From assembly GCF_018350175.1 (NCBI RefSeq), contig NC_058368.1, positions 3,720,001 to 3,784,000 of the forward strand: a DNA stretch of 64,000 nucleotides, in the 5' to 3' direction. Below are positions 25,120-37,936 of this stretch, in pieces. Each line of letters begins with the position of its first letter. The stretch's first letter is position 1. A model generated the notes under the pieces. It was not told the origin of the DNA. It worked only from the letters and a program-made list of their open reading frames with translations, and did no database searches. The position numbers and the translations under genes are program-made. The stretch comes from Felis catus. Lineage: Eukaryota.

Positions 25120-25390
25120 CAGTAAAACCTTGGATTGCTGGTAACTTCTTCTGGGAGTGTTCTGCAAGACAAGAAAATGTCTCTAATAAATTTTAACATA
25201 ATAAACAAGTGATGTATTGTAATATGAGCGGTATGTGATGCTGAATGTACTCAGACCGTACGTGATCGTACAGGAATGTACGTGATCATAACTGAGCCAG
25301 TGGTTCTTGAAATTCTCTTTGATATACAAGTACTTTGGAGTATAAGCATGTTTCTGGAACAAGTTATGCCCACAAATGAAGGTCTGACTG
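25120..25390. mobile_element. Non-autonomous Tc1/mariner (Tigger-type) DNA transposon
   Basis: TA|CAGTAAAACCTT...AAGGTCTGACTG|TA: imperfect TIRs of about 30 bp with a TA duplication, inserted in an L1 3' region. Confidence 0.8.
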
Positions 25391-25934
25391 TATATGAAAT
25401 GTCCAGAATGGGTAAATCCATATTATAGGAAGTAAATTAGTGGTGCCCAGCAGCTGGAAGCAGAGGGGAATAGGAATGCCTTTTCTTTTGGGGGAACCGA
25501 AAACATCAGGATTAGAAAGTGGTTATGGTTGCACAACTCCAACCACTAAGAACAGATTGGCCGACAGCTGAACGCCACCAGATGACTTCAACTTGTCCCT
25601 TGTAGAGGAGGATAATCACCTAAGCTCTCTGAATCTCTGACTCTCAAAATCATTAGATGTAGTAATGTGATTAATATCTTAATCCATTAAATTTTGGGGT
25701 AGTTTGTTACATAGTAGTAGATTCTGGGACAGAATTTGGTATCTAGAATTAGGGTGTTGCCATAAAACACCAAAGCTGTCTGGTAATGTCTTGGGACCAA
25801 GCAGTAGACAAAAGCCCAAAGGATCTTAAGGGAATTGTGGATGAGAAGGTGAAGGAAAGAGCTACAGAAAGCTTTACAACAGGGATCCAGGTTATATACT
25901 GGCAGAACACGAATATGCTGCATATCACTTTGGC

Positions 25935-26153
25935 TTTTTTTTTTAATTTTTTTTAACATTTATTTATTTTTGAGAGAGAGAGAGAGCATGAACAGGGGAG
26001 GGTCAGAGAAAGAGGGAGACACAGAATGTGAAACAGGCTCCAGGCTCTGAGCTGTCAGCACAGAGCCCTACACGGGGCTCGAACTCACAGACCACGAGAT
26101 CATGACCTGAGCCGAAGTCGGCCGTTTAACCCACTGAGCCACCTGGGCACCCC
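25935..26153 (-). mobile_element. CAN-SINE
   Basis: TSD tttggctttt. Confidence 0.96.
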
Positions 26154-26268
26154 TCAATTTGGCTTTTCAAGATGGCTTCTAAGAATCTTACATCTATTGT
26201 CCCAAATTAATATCACTTGTGGCTAAAGGTAAATAAGGTCTTCTTTCATAAGGAAATTTGGCTATGTC

Positions 26269-26485
26269 AGGGCACCTGGGTGGCTCAGTCGGTTAAGCGT
26301 CAACTTCGGTTCAGGTCATGATCTCGTGGTTCGTGAGTTCGAGCCCCGCGTCAGGCTCTGTGTTGACAGCTCAGAGCCTGGAGCCTGTTTCAGAGTCTGT
26401 GTCTCCCTCTCTCCCTGTCCCTCTCCCACTAGCACTCTGTCTCTCTCTCAAAAATAAATAATCCTTAAAAAATTTTTTTAAAAAG
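26269..26485 (+). mobile_element. CAN-SINE
   Basis: TSD aatttggctatgt. Confidence 0.96.
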
Positions 26486-26512
26486 CAATTTGGCTATGTA
26501 TTTTGTCTAATG

Positions 26513-26547
26513 CAGTGTATTACAGTGTATTACAGTGTATTACAGTG
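26513..26547 (+). repeat. 10-bp tandem repeat (CAGTGTATTA) x3.5
   Basis: Direct observation. Confidence 0.95.
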
Positions 26548-26599
26548 ACACAAAGTCTGAGGTCCCCAAAGTTTTTAAGGGAACTGTATCTTTAAAAAA

Positions 26600-26872
26600 T
26601 GCAGAGACCGTAGCAAACTATTTACAATCGCCAAAAGGTGTAAAGAACCTAAATGTGCATGAATGGAGAAATGGATAAACAAATTGCGATATACACTTAC
26701 AAAGAAATATTATTCGGCCACAAAAAGGAATGAAGTATTGATATACATAATAATGTGGATAACTCTCAAAAACATTATGCTAAGTGGGAAGAAGCCAGAC
26801 ACTAAGAGTAAAATATTCTATAATTCCTTTATTAAAATTTTGTAGATAAATCCCCAAAGACACAAAGCGAAT
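26600..26872 (+). mobile_element. Old L1 3' region
   Basis: aaatggataaacaaattg...aaaaggaatgaagtattgata...aacattatgctaagtg. Confidence 0.8.
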
Positions 26873-27520
26873 GGGTGGAGGCGTTGGGTCAAGATGGCGA
26901 CACAGGAAGATCCCAAACTCACCTCCTCCCGTGGACATATTAAGTCTACAGCTACATACGGAACAATTTCCTTTGAGGGAAAAAAACAAAACCAAACAAA
27001 ACTAGAGGCCAGCTGAGCAATGACTATAACTTCAACAAACTAGAAGAAAACCACATCACTGGGACATAATCTCTCCACGTAGACCCCACTCCTGACATGG
27101 CAACCTACAATTGGGAAGGCATTCAAAACCTAGAGCTTCCCCCTGATGAGTGAAGGGTTTGAACCCCACACTGGGCACCCAAACTTTTAAGATGTGCGCC
27201 TGAGAGATGAACCCCCTGAAACATCTAGCTTTGAAAACCAGTAGGGTATGTCTACTGAGATCGACACTGTAGTCATCTAAGACATGGCTCTTATAAAGCT
27301 GTGCGCCCTCCTACTCTTGTGCCCCAGGCCCAGCTCAGAGACAGCTGATTCTATGCAGATTTTAAGTGGAAGAGGCTCATTTGAGTACAATGAAGCAATG
27401 GCCTGAGGGGCAGGCTTCTGGTTTGGCACGCTCCTGGTAGTGGCCCAAGGAAGAGCCTTCAGGTAACAGAGGCCAGCTGACGAAATTTTTGTGCTCTACC
27501 TCACTCACGCTTGCTGGTAA
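26873..27520 (+). mobile_element. Carnivore L1 5' UTR-like fragment
   Basis: Begins gggtcaagatggcg...gaagatcccaaactcacctcctcc, resembling a carnivore L1 5' end with its YY1-type AAGATGGCG motif. Confidence 0.65.
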
Positions 27521-27937
27521 AGGGAGCTATTCTTGAAAGCCGGTGGAAGAGGGACCCGGTAGGTACTACAAGAATGATTTGCTGAACAGTCATCCACAGC
27601 ACAATGTGAAAGAAGGAAAGGGTACTGAATGGACCCATGGATCTGGGCTTCCAAAATCCCACTGCAATCAATGAAATATAAAAGTGAGACAAAACGTGGA
27701 GAAGCTCTGGGGGCAGAACAATTTCCTATATACTAGAGACGTGGAAATTAGCCCCTGCCTCTCTGTCTTCACACCCACCGCTGCAGCCGTGGAAAGTAGG
27801 TAGACGGATTTTTCTCGAACAAGCCCAGGACAATCCTGACATTTGAAACTCAGTAACTGGATCCACTGGGAACAAAATCCACCTGCAATAGGAGAAACTG
27901 GTCGTGCCATGTGTATCCAAGCTTCACTTTGTAGCCC

Positions 27938-28244
27938 TGTTGGAGGAATAAATAAAATACTGCGCCAAAGATGGCCGATGGGACTAAGACAAACTCTAGT
28001 CTCTGGCTTGGAGACCCCTCTTCTGGGTTCTTCTTGCCCTGTTTGCCGCCTGCGCAAAACCGCTCCCCCCCCCAAACATGGAGGCTGACAACTATAAATC
28101 ACCCTTCCCTCTTGCATTCTGTCCTCAGATCTTTGGAGAAACCATCTCCTCTGAGCCCACCGGTGTTAAATAAATCTCCGATCCACCAAAGTCTCCGAGG
28201 ACTGCTTAGTTTTTCCACCAGCGTTCCAGCCTGGTTCCCTAACA
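27938..28244 (+). mobile_element. Solo LTR (307 bp)
   Basis: TGTT...AACA inverted termini, TATAAA at about 28093, AATAAA at about 28169, flanks gccc/gcac (3/4 TSD match). Confidence 0.8.
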
Positions 28245-29479
28245 GCACCAGGTTATTTTTAAAAATAGTATCAAAAGAAAATATACAAGTATTTTAGTAT
28301 AAGGAAAAAAAATAGGAAACTATAGGGGCACAGCCATCTTTGATTAAGAAAAATCTTTCTCACCATGACACCAAGGTAAGACTCCACAAGGGAAGTGATT
28401 GATAGAACTAAGCACATAAAAATGTAAATTTCTGTTTGACAGACAATCCCATGAGAAAGCTGTAGGACAAATGTAACTCCAGAGAAATGTTTGCAAGACG
28501 TCTGACAGAGGGGCGGCACATTTGAGTCGCAAATACTTCTTACAAATCAATAAGAAAAGTATGAACGCCCTAAAGAAAAATAGGAAAGTAAGCATCAGTT
28601 GTCAGTCATCATTAGACAAAGACATTCAAGTTGAAACAATAAGGAGATGTCATTTATACATCTAGGATTGCCAAATGTTTCGAGATTAATAATACCTTTA
28701 GTTGAGGTGCTTGTGGGACAATGGACTTAATTCTTATATACTTACGGAAACGTAAATCCTTCTTAGGAGGAAAGAGGCAGTAAGAATCTGAATGTTGCAT
28801 GTATATCCTTTGCCCAGACTGGGGATTTTTCCTTAAGCAAAAATATACACAGAAGTGTATGTGGTGCCAAAGTGCTCATAATAGCATCAAACTGAAAAAT
28901 CTCCACGGCTCTCTAAGTATATAGCTATGTGTGAGACAAAGATCCTAAAATGGCACTGATCTTGTAACTTTGGGAACATGGAAGAGGCCATGGGGGACAA
29001 AGAGGCCGGTGGCAGGGGGCAGAGGCAGGTAGTCAACACGAGGATTAAGATTACCTGTCACCTTCTGCTCTCTACGTCAGCATCCCTACAACAAGACCCT
29101 TTCCTCCTGGTCATGAAGATACCTTACGGGATTCATTAAAAGAAGAACAAGTTGGGAACAGAGTTCTTCTTAGGCCGATTCTTCCTTTACGTAAAGTATC
29201 AATAAGGCTTGGTTTTATCACATTTCGAAGTCCTATAGAGTTGGTAAAGCAAAAGCCCAGATTGGAAAAACCAATATTTGCAATACACACTTGAAGAAAG
29301 GTACATCTCATCTCAACAGCGTGATTACAAAGGAAACTGTAAAGATCATTTGCTCCAAAGGAAACCACGTATGTCAAATATTTCTAAATGGCGATTATGG
29401 GCTATCTTTGCATCTCTGATAGAGAGCTTAAAAATATCCAGCCTACTTTTTACTTACCTTGTATATCTTATCATGCCAA

Positions 29480-30495
29480 AAAAAATACAGAACATAAAAT
29501 GTAGCACCTTAGCTGTAATGCCCGAAGTTCCGAAACCTCCCACAAAAGTCCACCAGAGTCATAAGTCAAAGCCAAGCGGCAAGGGTCGTTTATTGCAGGT
29601 TCGAACCTGGTCCTCTGCGCACTCGTCGCCGGTGACGCAAGAGGCCTCGATCAGGGTTGGTACAGCGTTTTTATAGACAGAGACAAATAGCACAGGGGAG
29701 GTTTCAAATTATGAGGGGCCTGATTAGTTGATTTTAAAGTAAGGACATTTGTTGTTCTCTGATTGGGCGTCCTTTGTCTGTCCTTTGGCGGGAAGGCTTT
29801 GTCCGTTACTTGTGGCGGGAGGAAAAAGGGGGAAGGGGGAAGGGGGTAGGGTAGGTGAGGAATGTGCTAAGCAAGCAGGTTTACAGAAGCGAGAAATGCC
29901 GGTTAGTTTATGTACAATCACTCATTCCATTACATATCAGACTACATTTAGGAAGGTTTACAACCCATTCTACTACACAGCGGGTTACATTCAGGAAAGG
30001 CCTCACAATGCTCGTAGCAAACAGCAAGCAAAACAGACTTCTCAGCAATTGTATTTCTTATCAAAGATCCATAATAAGCAGAAAAGAGAACCTAGCTTTA
30101 AACTAAGGCAGGGCTGTCATTTGGATCGTTCCTTTCATTAGCCATTTCTACAGTACACAGCGCAATACTGTCATAGGTATTCACATTGCTGTGCAACCCA
30201 TCTCGGAACGTTTTTATCTTAGGAAACCAAACCTCTAGAGCCAGTAAAAAATAAATAAATAAAACCTCCCCATTCCTCCTCCCCAGAAGCCCCTGACAAC
30301 TACCATTCTACTCTCTGATTCCGTGAATTTGACTCCTCCGGCTATCTTCCGTAACTGGAACCATAACGTATTTGTATTTTTGTGGCTGGTTTATTTCACC
30401 TCCATAACGTACTCAAGGTTCATCCTTGTGAGAGGTGCCTTCCTTTTTATTACCCTTCCACTGAAAGGGTAAATAATATTCCATTGTATGTAGGT
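29480..30495 (-). mobile_element. Old L1 3' end (minus) split by the solo LTR
   Basis: aacataaaat...ttagccattt...attcacattgctgtgcaac...caactaccattctactctctg...ggtttatttcac. Confidence 0.8.
29514..30137 (-). mobile_element. Young solo LTR (624 bp), gamma-like
   Basis: Minus strand reads TGAAAGG...CATTACA with CCAAT (about 29762-29766), TATAAAA (about 29668-29674) and AATAAA (about 29589-29594) in the expected order. Perfect TSD TTAGC at 29509-29513 and 30138-30142. Confidence 0.92.
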
Positions 30496-31776
30496 ACTAC
30501 ATTACCAGATAATAAAAGGAATCAAACATATGAACATGCAAAAGCTTTAATCAAAGATAGTATGATGTAGATATAAAAATATTGCACATACATTGAGCTA
30601 CGGTGGCTTCAACTCAATAGCAGAGTTCAGTTTTTTGTCTTCAATATTCTGCCTACCAGTTGCATTGTACAATGACTTCTGCTTCTTTCGGTGCTCTACC
30701 CAAGCTCTTCTCAGACAAGTTCAATCAATCCTCCCCTGATTTTAAGGAAAGCTAATATTCATAAAGATTATTTAATAATACCAGTATGTAGAAATTACTA
30801 GTGCCAGTCAAACTTTAAGTATAATCTGTAGCATCTCAAGTAAACACTCCCAGGAAAGACCATAAAATAAGAAGCTGAACCAGCAAGAATATAAACTTGA
30901 ATATGAAAAGAGATGAAATTTATTCTCTGCAGGTATTTTTGCGATAGCAATTGATATAGCAGATAAAACACAGGTTTATTGGGCAAATGTTATCTAATAT
31001 TTAATATGGCTCTCTGTATTTTCCCATAAACAATTATTATTTTACATCTTTCAAGCATTTTAATTATGCTTTTACATCTCTTCTCTCATTTTGTCTTTAG
31101 CTGCAAAGATTCTAGGATTCTAATGATCATTACCAGTTTGCCCAAGAAAATATTTATGCACACGTTGGCTGAGTTATGCTCGACCATTTACGTGTTCATA
31201 AATTCGTCCAAAAATATTTAATCTAGCATCCATTACTGTTCATTGTTATCGTGGTGGGCACTAAGAAGGCAGAATCGAATGGGATAATCTTACTTTAGCA
31301 CATTCATGTCGAGGTTCACATTTATTTGGTATATTTGATCCTTACCTGCATCTAAATATTCAACGCTAATTAACACTGATATCAGACTAATATCTGATTA
31401 AACCACTCAAGACATACTTATATAGTCTGGTGCTGTAGCAGGCATGCAGAAATCAGTGACCACAAGATAGACATTGACCCTGCCCGAAATGAATCTTCAG
31501 TATCATGAAGAATACAATCATTAAACAAGCCTAATCATTATAATATATACCGTTATAGATTATTATATTGTTATGTATTATATATTGAAGGGGGAGTTAT
31601 ATATATATATTATATATCATACGCATATATATGTATTATATATCATGAGAGGGGAGTATAAGTATTGTGTGAGACTTTCAAAACAAGTGTAGATTTCAAA
31701 AAGGCCCCAGGAGTGAATAAAGAGTTAGCTGAGACCGGTCACATAAATAGCAGTTGGTCGAGCAAAGAGTAAAAGG

Positions 31777-32000
31777 GGGGCGCCTGGGTGGCGCAGTCTG
31801 TTAAGCGTCCGACTTCAGCCAGGTCACGATCTCGCGGTCCGTGAGTTCGAGCCCCGCGTCAGGCTCTGGGCTGATGGCTCAGAGCCTGGAGCCTGTTTCC
31901 GATTCTGTGTCTCCCTCTCTCTCTGCCCCTCGCCCGTTCATGCTCTGTCTCTCTCTGTCCCAAAAATAAATAAACGTTGAAAAAAAAAATTTAAAAAAAA
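31777..32000 (+). mobile_element. CAN-SINE, youngest feline subfamily
   Basis: Perfect TSD aaagagtaaaaggg. Confidence 0.97.
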
Positions 32001-33197
32001 AAGAGTAAAAGGGATTGAAGAATGTGGAATATTCTAGGAAGAGGGAGGAAAGAGTGTGAAATAACTAAAAAATACAACATGGCTAGAGGGTAGGATGAGG
32101 GGAGGGGCGCCTTCGGGAGGCTGAAGGGGAAAACAGACATAGCTCAGTAAAAGGGCTGGGAATTTCAAGGGAAATGGGAAGCGTTTGAAGGGTAAGATAC
32201 CAGGGAAGTAATAGGGCCCTATTTTCATTGTTTTGCAAGATCACTCTGGACGATGAATGGAAGAGAGTCCAGACAAGCAATATTTAAGCACGAGTGTTTT
32301 TAGAATGAGATGACTTTGGGTTCCACCTCCTCAATTACGATTTTTCCCGAATCTTTTGCCCTCCTTTGAACCCCAGTTTTCTCATCTGGAAACTACAGCT
32401 AGCAATAGGGCTCCCATGAATGAATACATGGAAAGGACGCACTCGCCCAGAATGTGCCACTCAGTATCACCTCCTATCATTTCTGAATTACTGGGCATCA
32501 AAATAAATGGTTATTATTTCAAATGCCTAACTCCTCTAATGCAGTCACTTAGAAATCTTAGAAATTTGTCTTAGAAATCTGTCCCTGTGAGTTCTCACAA
32601 ATAATTTAACAAACTCTGTATGTTGGGGGGAACAAAACACATTGATTTTTTGAAATAGATTTTACCTTGAAACAATACAGCCTTTGTCTGAACCCTCCAA
32701 CTTTAAGTTAGTGACTGAATTAATGGTGCTTTAAAAACCCTGCCAAAGTAGTGTTGCCCCAGTCGTGGGATTGGGGGTTGACATCTGAACTGGGACAAGT
32801 TACTGAATCACCCCCAGTCACATTGTCCCATCGGCCTGAGGATAAAGCCTGAGGAGATGCAAGACAGGGTGTGTTTGGGATTAAAGAGTTATAATCCGGG
32901 GGGTGCGGGTGCAGGAAGCTACCCAGGTAGGGCTCCCGCTTGTAGGGTAAAAGTAAGCGGTTTTAATGAGGCAAAGGAAGCGGCAGTTCTAGGAGTCAAA
33001 GAAAAGAGGGGGGAAAAAGTTCTTTCTATGGGTGTTAACAAGCTAAACTATGTGGGGCTGTGCGTTGATTGCCTGCTTATTTCATCTTCAGAAATTCCAG
33101 AACTTTGAGTCTTGTCATCACGATGTCCATACCCTGATGACCTCTCAGGTAGCTGCTTAAAACAACTGCTGTTTTGCCCAATCTAAAGATTTGGTTC

Positions 33198-33410
33198 AGG
33201 GGCACCTGCATGGCTCAGTCGGTTAAGCGGCTGACTCTTGATTTCAGCTCAGGTGACGATCTCACAGTTCATGAGATTGAGCCGCGCATCAGGCTCTGCC
33301 CTGACAGCACGGAGCCTGGAGCCTGCTTCGGATTCTGTGTCTCCCTCTCTCTCTGACCCTCTCCCGCTCACGCTCTGTCTCTGTCTCTCAAAAATAAATA
33401 AACATTAAAA
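33198..33410 (+). mobile_element. CAN-SINE
   Basis: Head, (CT)n, tail carrying an L1 insertion. Confidence 0.95.
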
Positions 33411-33419
33411 AAGTAAATT

Positions 33420-33600
33420 CGAGAGGGAGGGAGCCAAACCATAAAAGACTCTCAAAAACTGAGAACAAACTGAGGGTTGATGGAGGGTGGGAGGGAGGGG
33501 AGGGTGGGTGATGGGCATGGAGGAGGGCACCTGTTGGGATGAGCCCCGGGTGCTGTATGGAAACCGATTTGGCAATAAATTTCATATTAAAAAAAAAAAA
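33420..33600 (+). mobile_element. 5'-truncated feline L1 3' end inserted in a SINE tail
   Basis: Near-identical to 51200-51378. aaaaagtaaa is repeated on both sides. Confidence 0.9.
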
Positions 33601-34247
33601 AGTAAAGTGGAAATAATTAAGTGGTTTTCCTGATTCTCTTCCTAAACTTTCATCATCTGTAGGTACAGTATCATTAGAGATTTGCATATGCAGAGTTTGT
33701 GAAAAGCCAGGAGTGTTGGTTGGAAAACACGCTGTCGCTCCACTATCATCCATGCACTAGACATAAGAGTTCTACCCGATCTCCGGGTACGGATGCCAAG
33801 TTTAGCTTCAAAAAGGAAGACTCCGAATGATGCATTTGAGCCTTGACTTTGATGCCAGATGTGATTCACACAATCAATCCTGTTTTCCTCATCTTTCGAG
33901 GAGAGCCTCCACAACCCCACGTCGTCTCTTCGCATTAGAGATGATGCAACAGTGGCCGAACCTTCACTTCTTCTGGATGAATCAGCGGCCAACACAAAGC
34001 CATTCACTAGTACAGGTAGCCACCAATCTCTCGCCACAGCGCTTAGCTGACTCACATTTTAACAATTTTTCCTGGAAACCGGGACCTCTCTGAACACTTG
34101 CACAAAAATGGTGGCGATCCCAGACACCGTGACAGGGTAAAAAGGGACCTACTGGTGCACAGATGACTTAAGTAGCCACAGCAGGACGGAGAGTGTCCAC
34201 AGCGCCCCTCGACTACACCTGCCACGGAGATAATTGCACCGTTTTTT

Positions 34248-34481
34248 TCTTTTTTTTTTTTTAAATTTTTTTTTCAACGTTTATTTATTTATTTTTGGGA
34301 CAGAGAGAGACAGAGCATGAACGGGGGAGGGGCAGAGAGAGAGGGAGACACAGAATCGGAAACAGGCTCCAGGCTCCAAGCCATCAGCCCAGAGCCCGAC
34401 GCGGGGCTCGAACTCCCGGACCGCGAGATCGTGACCTGGCTGAAGTCGGACGCTTAACCGACTGCGCCACCCAGGCGCCCC
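34248..34481 (-). mobile_element. CAN-SINE, youngest feline subfamily
   Basis: TSD tgcaccgtttttt. Confidence 0.97.
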
Positions 34482-35319
34482 TGCACCGTTTTTTCTACAC
34501 ATTTCCAAGCGCAGGCGAAGCTCTCTGTCCTTCGAAATGAAGTGTTTCGGTGCTTCGGGGATGAGCAGATACCGGCTTCTATATCCGGGAAGTCATTTTT
34601 CAGCTTTAACTGTCAAATTAGATCTTTGCTTGAGTTGTCAGCAGGGCAACTGAGTTGCAAACCAGGCTTTGTCAAAAGAGGAGTTTTTAAATTACTTGAC
34701 CATTTAAAGAAGGCGTGCCTAGAGCAACCTGGTGAGAGAGTGTCTCCCAGTATACAAAAAAGATACTTCTTTCTCCTCTGAGGTCTAGACCCTGGGGTTG
34801 CTGCCCTCGGGCCAAGGAAAGATAGGGTTTCCGGGAGGAAAAAAAAAATGTACAGCCTGATGACTTTCAATCCTAAGGGATGGTGAAGAGGAGGAGAAAA
34901 AGAGACAGAAATGGAGGGAGGGAGGGAGGGAGGCATCAAGAATACCACCCTCCCCACGCTGGATTCCCAGCTCTGTGGTAGGAAAGAAGCAATTAGAAAA
35001 GCATAAAAAGATGAAAATTAGTGGCCTGTTTCCCTTGTCCAACTGAGGGAGGGGCTAATCGCCCTTAGAAGGATCTCAGCACACGGCCACTCCCAGCCCC
35101 ATGTGCAAGCCTTAGCTCTCAGGTGAAGGCTCAGGGAAACAGAGCAACAGTACTCCTGAGTAAGTGTTCTTTGTCCCCTGTCCCCGGAGCCCACATGCCA
35201 CATGCCAGAGACCCTGCAGGGAACTTTGCAGGAACTTCACAGAGGCGATGTTATTAAGATTTCAGGGGGACCCTCAGAGGCAAGGGTTCAGAGGAATAAA
35301 GTCAACTTTCCACTTAGCT

Positions 35320-36560
35320 TGCAGGACAAAACCCAAGTGTATGCTGTAAACAAGGGAGGACCTAAGACAAAGAGATTCCAGATGGTAAATATAGACGCAC
35401 AAAGGTATCCCAGGCATATAGAAACAATAAGAAGATAGAAGCAGCAACCCAGATATCACACAAAGTAGAATGCAAGCCTAAAAGCACTACGTGTGATGAA
35501 GAAAGGCACTTTTTAATGCTAAAAGCTGTAATTCACAAGGGTGATTATGCACTGAGAAATATTCGTATCCTAAATAATATAGCAAGCACCCTACGATGCG
35601 AAAAGTACAAGAGATTCAAAGAGTCATAGACCCATGACACGTTGATAAGAGGAGACATTCAAAGACCACTCTGGGGCGCCTGGGTGGCACAGTCGGTTAA
35701 GCGTCCGACTTCAGCCAGGTCACGATCTCGTGGTCCGTGAGTTCGAGCCCCGCGTCAGGCTCTGGGCTGATGGCTCGGCGCCTGGAGCCTGTTTCCGACT
35801 CTGTGTCTCCCTCTCTCTCTGCCCCTCCCCCATTCATGCTCTGTCTCTCTCTGTCCCAAAAATAAATAAACGTTGAAAAAAAAAATTTAAAAAAAAAAAA
35901 AAACAAAGACCACTCTTGGCCAAGACAGATAAAATGAACAAAAAGATATAAGCAGACAGAATACTTAAACAATGTCATCAACAAGGAGACCTTATAGATA
36001 TATACTCAACTTTAAGAGAAAGTTCCATACTCTTGAAACATTCACAACAATGGATCGTCTGCTAGGCTACAAGGAAAACATTAGTTAAGTTGAATAATGT
36101 AGAAATATTACAGGAAACAGTTCTCACCACAATGCAATAAATTTGGAACGTATTAATAAAAGCTAAAATGAAAATGAGACTTTACCCTGGGTATTTAAAA
36201 TCTATTAAACAACTCTTGGGCGACAGAAGAAATACAAACTGAAATAACAAAATATCTGTTAAAAATAATCATAACACAGCATTGTATTTCCAAATCTACG
36301 GGACACATTTAAAGCAACAAGGAGAGATGCCATAGCACTGAACACTTACCAGGAAAAATGAAAGAATGAAAATAAACATATTAAATGCTCATCTCAAAAA
36401 AAATGGAAAAACAAAGCCAACAAAGGAATCCTCAAGAAAATACAAGGGAGGACATCATGAAAATAAATGAAGGGATAAATTAATGAGGTAGAATAGATAA
36501 AAATAGCATAATTAATAAACTAAATTCCTGGTTTGGGAGGAAAAAAAAAAAAGACCTCAC
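35320..36560 (+). mobile_element. Decayed old L1 ORF2 (endonuclease region)
   Basis: A-rich, with L1 phrases (gaaacattcacaaca, ttctcaccacaatgcaataaa, taaacaactcttggg). Confidence 0.7.
35673..35904 (+). mobile_element. CAN-SINE, youngest feline subfamily
   Basis: TSD caaagaccactct. Confidence 0.97.
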
Positions 36561-37422
36561 GAGAAAGAGCAAAACGCTTGCCTGTGGAAGCCTTGCTACG
36601 TCCACCTGTTTCCCACCTCTGCTTTCTTGATACAATTCTTCCCATCCCTGGATACAAGACACATGCGCCTAGACATCACGACCGAAGAAAGAGCTGTGGA
36701 AGAATGGGGCGGTGGGAGTAACTCGATTACCAAAATCAACAAATGCCGCAGGAAGGACTTAAGAAATATGATCTCCCTTTCCTCAAGGGACAGCCTCGGC
36801 CTCAAAGCGTGACACAGAGTGAGGATCTGAGGTCTGGAAAAGACGGAGAGAAAGACACACATTATAGGAGAGGGCCATGCTCTCTCGTGCACACTCGCGA
36901 AGCGTACAGATTCCCTGAAAGTAAAGATCAGGGATGAAAAACTGGCACAGCCACTGGCGTTTGGCTGGAGTGACTGCATCCAGCGCGTGGGGGGTCACGG
37001 GAGCAACCTTTTCACAAAATAGGATCCTACCGTGGAGCCGCCAAAAGAGAAGCCAGCTGACACCCTGTGGGTGTTAGGGTTATAGCACAGAATGTACCCA
37101 CTGTAAAGGTGTCATCAGTTGTACAAAAGTAATAAAAATAGGAATTCGGGAGAAAGAGAAACAGAAGGCTATACAAAAGGGGTGATTATTACCTTCACAG
37201 GATGGAGCCAATCGATATAGTAAATTGAAATCTATAACAAAAGAAAATACAGTTGACCCTTGAACAGTACAGGGGGCAGGGGTGCTGACCCCCAAGCAGT
37301 CAAAGATCTGCATAAGACTTTGGACCCCCCAGACCTGAACTACTAATAGCCTACCATTGATCGGAAGACTCAGTAATAACATACACAGTCGATTAACACA
37401 TTTTGTATGTCACGTGTTTTCA

Positions 37423-37635
37423 ATTTTTTTAAACGCTTTATTTATTTTTGAGAGTCAGAGAGACAGAGCGTGAGCAGGGGAGGGGCAGAGAGGGAGGGAG
37501 ACACAGAATCGGAAGCAGGCTCCAGGCTCTGAGCTGTCAGCACAGAGCCCGACGTGAGGCTCAAACCCACAAACCCTGAGATCACGACCTGAGCCGAAGT
37601 CGGACACTTAACCGATTGAGCCATCCGGGTGCCCC
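37423..37635 (-). mobile_element. CAN-SINE in Tigger2a
   Basis: Head, (GA)n, T-tail. Confidence 0.95.
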
Positions 37636-37721
37636 TGAATATTATATGTTTTATATACTGTATTCCTACAATAAAGTAAGCTAGGGAAAAGCGAATGTTA
37701 TTAAGAAAATCATAAGAAAGA

Positions 37722-37936
37722 GGGGCACCTGGTTGGCTCAGTCGGTTAAGCATCCAACTCTTAATTTCCTCTCAGCTCACGAGCTCACAGTTTGTGAGAT
37801 CAAGCCCTGGGTCCGACTCTGCCCTGACAGCACAGAGCCTGCTTTGGATTGTCTCTCTCCCTCCCTCTCTGCCCCTCTCCTGCTTGCACTCTCTCTTTCT
37901 CTCTCTCTCAAAAAGAAACAAACATTAAAAAAAAAA
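37722..37936 (+). mobile_element. CAN-SINE in Tigger2a
   Basis: TSD aagaaaatcataag(a/g)aaga. Confidence 0.95.

Noticed and set aside
29106..29420. Unique-looking stretch with open frames on both strands
   Set aside because: No known protein motif. The longer ORFs nearby run into the LTR.
33642..34093. Overlapping 137-aa and 88-aa ORFs and a possible plus-strand exon at 33901-34016
   Set aside because: No recognisable homology, weak splice sites and no partner exons.
28500..34215. CTCF-like motifs near 28505, 32105 and 34200
   Set aside because: Only partial matches to the consensus, as expected by chance.
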